Assembly: GCA_043228905.1 (NCBI GenBank)
Contig: JBHGNT010000010.1
Span: forward strand, 19,592,001-19,656,000
From: Azolla caroliniana
Lineage: Eukaryota > Plantae > Polypodiophyta
Length of the DNA stretch: 64,000 bases
Direction: 5' to 3'
Position 1 is the first letter of the stretch. Every line of letters begins with the position of its first letter. The notes beneath the pieces were generated by a model. The model saw only the letters and a list, made by a program, of their open reading frames with translations, was not told the DNA's origin and searched no databases. Positions 58,438-64,000 of the stretch are shown here, piece after piece. The position numbers and the translations under genes are program-made.

Positions 58438-61400
58438 AGAATCTTATTCCACAAATATGTTAAGCTTCATGGAATCTTTCCCACGAAGCTAGACCTATCT
58501 TGTCCCCGACTTCAAATTCTCAATGTTGCCCAACAAGAAGGACATTGGAATATGAGAATGTAGAGGTGCGGGTTCAAGTCTCGTTACTCAACTGTTTTTC
58601 TTTTAACCATATAATCACTCCGGTACCCAAAATTTTGAGGTGAAATTTTTGTTGTGAAACTTGCGAAATCAATTCAATGATGATGTGTTGATCACTTAAA
58701 GTTCAAAACCAAATTTTGCCGCCTGCAAGACTAAATATTATCTATAGTTTGTTGCCATGCGCTCAGATTTTTGAGCTAAAAACTTCATCATGTCCCTCGT
58801 TGTCGTCACACTAGAAGTATGATTTAGAGTTTTCTATTGAAATACATAAAGACGTACAAATATTAAGGGGTTTAATAACCTTTTAGATCACATCAAATTC
58901 GTTAAGGATGACATAACATTAAAATAAAATCAAGATTTTTACAATAGGTAACCCGTTACGTAGGGTTGGCGAAGTCAACATAAAATATCATAACGATATC
59001 CTTTAGTTTCAACGTGGCAAGTCTACGAATGACAACCACATCACCTTTTGTCTTCATACACCATCTACACAGTAATCTGTATGTCAACAAAATTCAACCA
59101 AATGTTGATCCTTGGTAATAAGCTCTCTTCCGCCTTTTATAACTCTCTTTTCATAAATAGAAACTTTGGTTTTGCAATGCCTTTAAAGGCAAAACATTTT
59201 ATGAAATTGCCACACTCCAGTCTCAAAACACGAACTTAGTCAAGGCAAAACATTCATAACTAACAAGTTTCTTCTCTTGTGCCCCAACACCTTGTCTCAC
59301 ATAAAAAAGAATTTGAGCCAAGTTGTATGGAAGCAATGGTGCCGATGGTAGACAAAGGCATGCGTTGTAACATGCATTAGTGAGCGTGGTTTTCCCATTT
59401 GGCGAAGAACATGGTCTCCATGGAGTATGAGAAATGGGTGCTTGTCTGATGGGTCCTTATATGAAGAAGAAAGAATATGAGAATCGTGTTCTTGTTTGAT
59501 GGTCTCCAATAAGTACTAGAAAAAGTAACATGTGTCTTGAAAGGAAATTTGATTTAGTCATTTTCACAACTAAGCTTTGAGGGGCGAAGACCATATCCTT
59601 GGACAAGTTGCCCTTACATATTTCAGTCTTACAAGACCTTATATGGTTTATCTTGCATAAGATTCTCATTATTGAAGAAGGGACATCTTTTGGTTTTTAT
59701 ATCATTATGTTCATGAAATAGACATAATACTTTCATGTTGAAGATAAAATAGAAATGAAAGATGCCTCCCTACATTGCAAGTGGCATAGACTTCCTATAT
59801 ATGAATTGTCAAATTCTTATTTATGAGAGAGAGACAAAGAGAGAAGGTTGATTCAACACAACTTCTTCCTAAATGTATTCTCGTCATTATCTTGACCATA
59901 TCCACCCGTTCGAACATGCATGTGTATGTTTACTTAGTCAAGGGAATTGTTGACAATAAGTCATTGATTAAATACAGAGAAACGACTATGTAAGTAACAT
60001 AGTACTATGGGGGCACAAATAAATAAATAGCTTGTTTGTGGGAAGGATATAATGGTATTGTACTTTTTATATATATACAATTATTTACACGATATTCGTG
60101 TCAACGAAATAAGGGTAAAAGCAAAAGAGGGCGTCAATTTGGTTTTTGAAATAATAGGATATGTATACATTTCAACATGATTTTGAAACATAAATTTTGT
60201 ACTATATCATATACGTGGTCTAATTTTGCAAGATTAGAAAACAACGTTTGCAAGAAAATTGATATTTTTGCCGAAATTGAGAAGATGTGTTAGTAACTAA
60301 TTAATGTCTCTCAACGTGTGGTAATTTTGTTTATGGCTTTTGTTGCTACAACCTACAATTGTTGGTGGTATAGGCTACATTTCATGTTCATTTGTAGTTT
60401 GGGAGGAGTAGACCACAATAATCTTGGAGATATGGTATACAAATATGTGTGGTTATTGTATATACACATAAAATCGGCCATGATGGTATAAGGGAATCGG
60501 TTGGTATATTCATCCAACACAAATTTTGTACTTCCTATGATTTTATAATACCAAGGCATATCTTTCTGTTGAAAGAAAAACTATTGATACAAATGAGGTC
60601 AATTTTGACCTATGGGACTAAATAAACATATCATCTTGTATGTGTCTCCTTCCTAAGAAAGGGTTTACTGTAGAGACTCTCTATGTGAAAATAGTGCACA
60701 TGCATATGTACCAGTTAAATTACTTTGTATTTTGAGATTTGAGTATGGCACTTAAATTATTATGGCATCATACTTTTCGTGAACTACATTTTATGTTGAG
60801 CATGCGAAAAGTAAGTGACGTTGATCCTCATCTAGGTTTTCATTACTTATCGTCATACAATGGTGATGATGTCATTGTTTTACCTCACCACCTAATTTGT
60901 ATAAGTGTTAGGCCTCTTTGGGAGCTAGGACAGTAGGACTCATGGGGGGTAATAAGATGTGGTTGCATATATTCGACCACTTTTACCTTGTATACTAACA
61001 TTGAGAGTTAGCATTCGCAATGTAATATTCCAAATTTGACATTTTTGCAACTTACCACTTTATCCTTAGTACCTCTAGTAATATATCCGTGATTATGATA
61101 TACTCCATAACATCACTTGCGAACTCAAGTAAATCTTGTACTCCCCACCTCATAAGAGGGAAAGAGAGAAATGAAACAAGGCTTTGTATTAATGTGGGCA
61201 AAGTGATCTATTTATTAATTAGCAAGTTCCATCATCCCCATTTTTGCTTAACAGAATTATTTTCTATATACTCTCTCTCTCACTCTCATCGTAAAAAAGA
61301 GTCACATCCAAGACTAAATGTTTATGTGTGTAATTATGTTAAGTAGAATAGATTAGAGATGTGCGTTATGTGTGCGAGAGGATAGACACAAGATAGGTCG

Positions 61401-62671
61401 AAGATAGAACACTAAAATGTATATTAACCAGGAATAAAAATAAAACACCCACTCTCTAATATTGGGAAACTCATTAACAATGTGTCATAGAATATAACTC
61501 TATCACACATCAGTTATGTTAAAAGGTGGTGATGACCTTTCAGTGTCTATGTGTGCATTCACACACATTACATATTCTCAAAGGTGTAGTCACACATTAG
61601 CTTAAGTTGAGTTTGATTCTCAACAATTTATTCTCTTATGGCAAAGCTATTTGAATGTTATATAATAGAATGCAAGTTAATTGGATGGGTTGAAAAGAAT
61701 ATAAAGAGTGCTTAGGGACAAAAGGAAATAAATAGAAATATTTTTCAAGTTGGATCCTAGGCTTGACATTGAGCCTAGGGTCATGAGGAGGTTTGGTGAC
61801 AAAGAGTTTTGGTGTTGACCTCCTCGTCTACAAACATTAGCGCAGAGGGAATTGTCAAAAGAAGATCAACAGGTAGAATGATTTGAACTGCTTGTTACAA
61901 CAACATGGATCATCGTACTAATTATGCATGCACCTTCCATAAGGGAATTCCTTCATGTATAAGTTCTATAGTGGTGAGCCCACATAGTTGGGTTTCCATG
62001 AAGAAACACTTTGGTTGAACCTTCGTGTGGACAAGCCCACAAAAGGGATTACGTTGAGCCCACTATGTTTTTGCATTTCCTAAGATGAGGCATCACCCAA
62101 TAGAGGGAATCCAATTTTTCTGAAACCGAAGATGTAAATTCTAATCTCTCCACGTACCATATTAAAGAACCTTGAGTACTTAATGTAAAACTTGGCCTTT
62201 TGACGTTTTTTCCTTCCACACACCACATCACTAAAAGGGTTCGAGATCAAAATAATAATATTAAGGAAAAGAATGGATTAAGAGTGCTTAACCATGTTGA
62301 ACACCTCGAGCAATTTTATGCCTTGGTAGTGGAATAAAGGATCCAAAGAAGAGAGATTTGCCTTACTGAGAGAGTCTCAATTACAACTCAAGGTATTGTA
62401 ACGAGGAGTGTTGCTATGAACCCCTTTATATAGCCCAACATCGAGAGATCCATGATCACCACATGTTCGCACATGTCATAGAACCTTATGGGTTTGCTCA
62501 AATTCTTAGAATAATTGGTTTCCCAACTATCTTATCCTTAACCCATTAAAATTAATTATAAATTTGGTCTATAAGTTTATCATAAAACATCCTTATAGAA
62601 AGTTTTTTCTTTATTGGGTGTTCTATTTTAGAACCATCTCGATATTGGTGCATGGGGGATGTACTACCATC

Positions 62672-62913
62672 TAGGGATTGGCAACGGCTCGGCTCAAGCC
62701 TAAACCGTTTGACTAAAGCGGCTTAGCGGCTCAGCTTAGGCTTGAGCCTGCCTTAACGGTTTGAACTCGGCTCGGCTCGGCTTGGCTTGAGCCTCGCCAA
62801 ACCGGCTCAAATTGGTTAAGTTGTTTAGAAACTTGAGATAGAGGGAGGGAGGGAGGGAGGGAGGGAGGGAGACTACACAGACGAGGAGAGTCAGAGAGAG
62901 AGAGGGAGATTAC

Positions 62914-62955
<42 letters not shown>

Positions 62956-63198
62956 CAAGGAGCTTGTATTCTACGTAGTGGATCGTCTAAGAGAGAGGGA
63001 GCTAGGGAGAGAGAGAGAGAGGGAGGTTTCCAAACCGTTTCACAAGCCAGTTTTCAAGCCGTTTCCCAAACCGGTTTAGGATCGGTTTGGTTCAGGTTTG
63101 AGAACCCCAAAACGGTTTAGGCTTAACCGGTTTGGCCTTAGTTTGGCTTGGATAAGGCCAAACTGGCTAAGCCTAAACTAAACCTTTGTCGATCCCTA
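62672..63198. mobile_element. hAT-family MITE (527 bp)
   Basis: TIRs TAGGGATTGGCAA and TTGTCGATCCCTA. 8-bp TSD CTACCATC/CTATCATC (1 mismatch). GGCTC/AACCG subterminal repeats around a GA-rich core. Confidence 0.88.
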
Positions 63199-64000
63199 CT
63201 ATCATCTACCTTTTTATGGGGGTGAGACAGACAAGAGCAAGCTAATAATGCTTAATCTTAACTACTAAACCAAGATCTAAATGAAATCTACCCCTTAATC
63301 ACATAGAAAGATACTAATAAGTTTGATTTAAAACCGAGATACTTTATCATATTTGTCATGCGCTCCGTAGAAGAACAAAGAACAAGAAATCACCAACTCA
63401 CTTAAGTTAACATGACTCCACACTTAATCAATTACTAGTTATTGATAATATAATTATTAGGCTATTAACTTATAAATTAGGAGAATGATTAAGGAGAGAA
63501 AAGTTTTAGGTTTAGCTCTAGGGAGTATATAAGAATGGGGAAGAACCCTTGGTCAAATGTTTATAGTGTCACTTTTATACTTCTTCCTTCATTTAATTAA
63601 ATTACAACTATGTTCCTTTCACACTTGACGTATATAAAGTGTATAGATGTTACCATTATATCTCATTTACAATGTTAATCTCTCTCTCTCTCTCTCGGTA
63701 AAAGCACACAGTTATATTAATTGTATGTAAAATCCACTTAGTTACAACACTTCTTAGTCTCCTCTACTTATCACAATGTCTATGTAGGGAGAGGGACATC
63801 TTGTAATACCATTAAAAAACCTGAATATGCATTTGAGTCTCTCTCTCTCTCTCTCTCTTGCATACTCTAAGATGTCAATGTGAGACAATAACTCATGTGC
63901 CTGAAGTTGTGTTTCGTAAGTAACAACATTTTTTAGAAATGTGGAAAAAGGCAGAGGTATTCGCCTCTTTTGGGGAGAGAATAAAGTGGAGATATGCTCC

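Overview
Eukaryotic land-plant genomic DNA, probably a non-seed vascular plant such as a fern (inferred from the TE families, GT-AG introns, Aux/IAA motifs and microsatellite density). Positions 1-24.9 kb are a multi-level nest of LTR retrotransposons. It holds a tRNA-Trp-primed Ty3/gypsy tandem (A), with a Copia inserted into it at the left edge. It also holds a related non-autonomous gypsy (B) that contains a Copia (C), which in turn contains a young, intact Copia (D). A and B appear to sit inside the LTR of an older gypsy (E). To the right are a full-length L1-type LINE with TSD (27.0-33.4 kb), an intact four-exon Aux/IAA gene (42.2-44.2 kb), a decayed RTEX/CR1-like LINE, a truncated L1, an LRR receptor-like kinase pseudogene (50.7-55.0 kb) and two hAT MITEs. 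The strongest observations come from removing nested insertions by hand. Element B regains one open ~1,186-codon ORF (partial Gag followed by repeats and a W/R-rich tail) and has no pol. Copia C regains a ~170-aa acidic-then-basic extension after RNase H. No CRISPR arrays, rRNA genes or real tRNA genes were found. All counts were made by eye.
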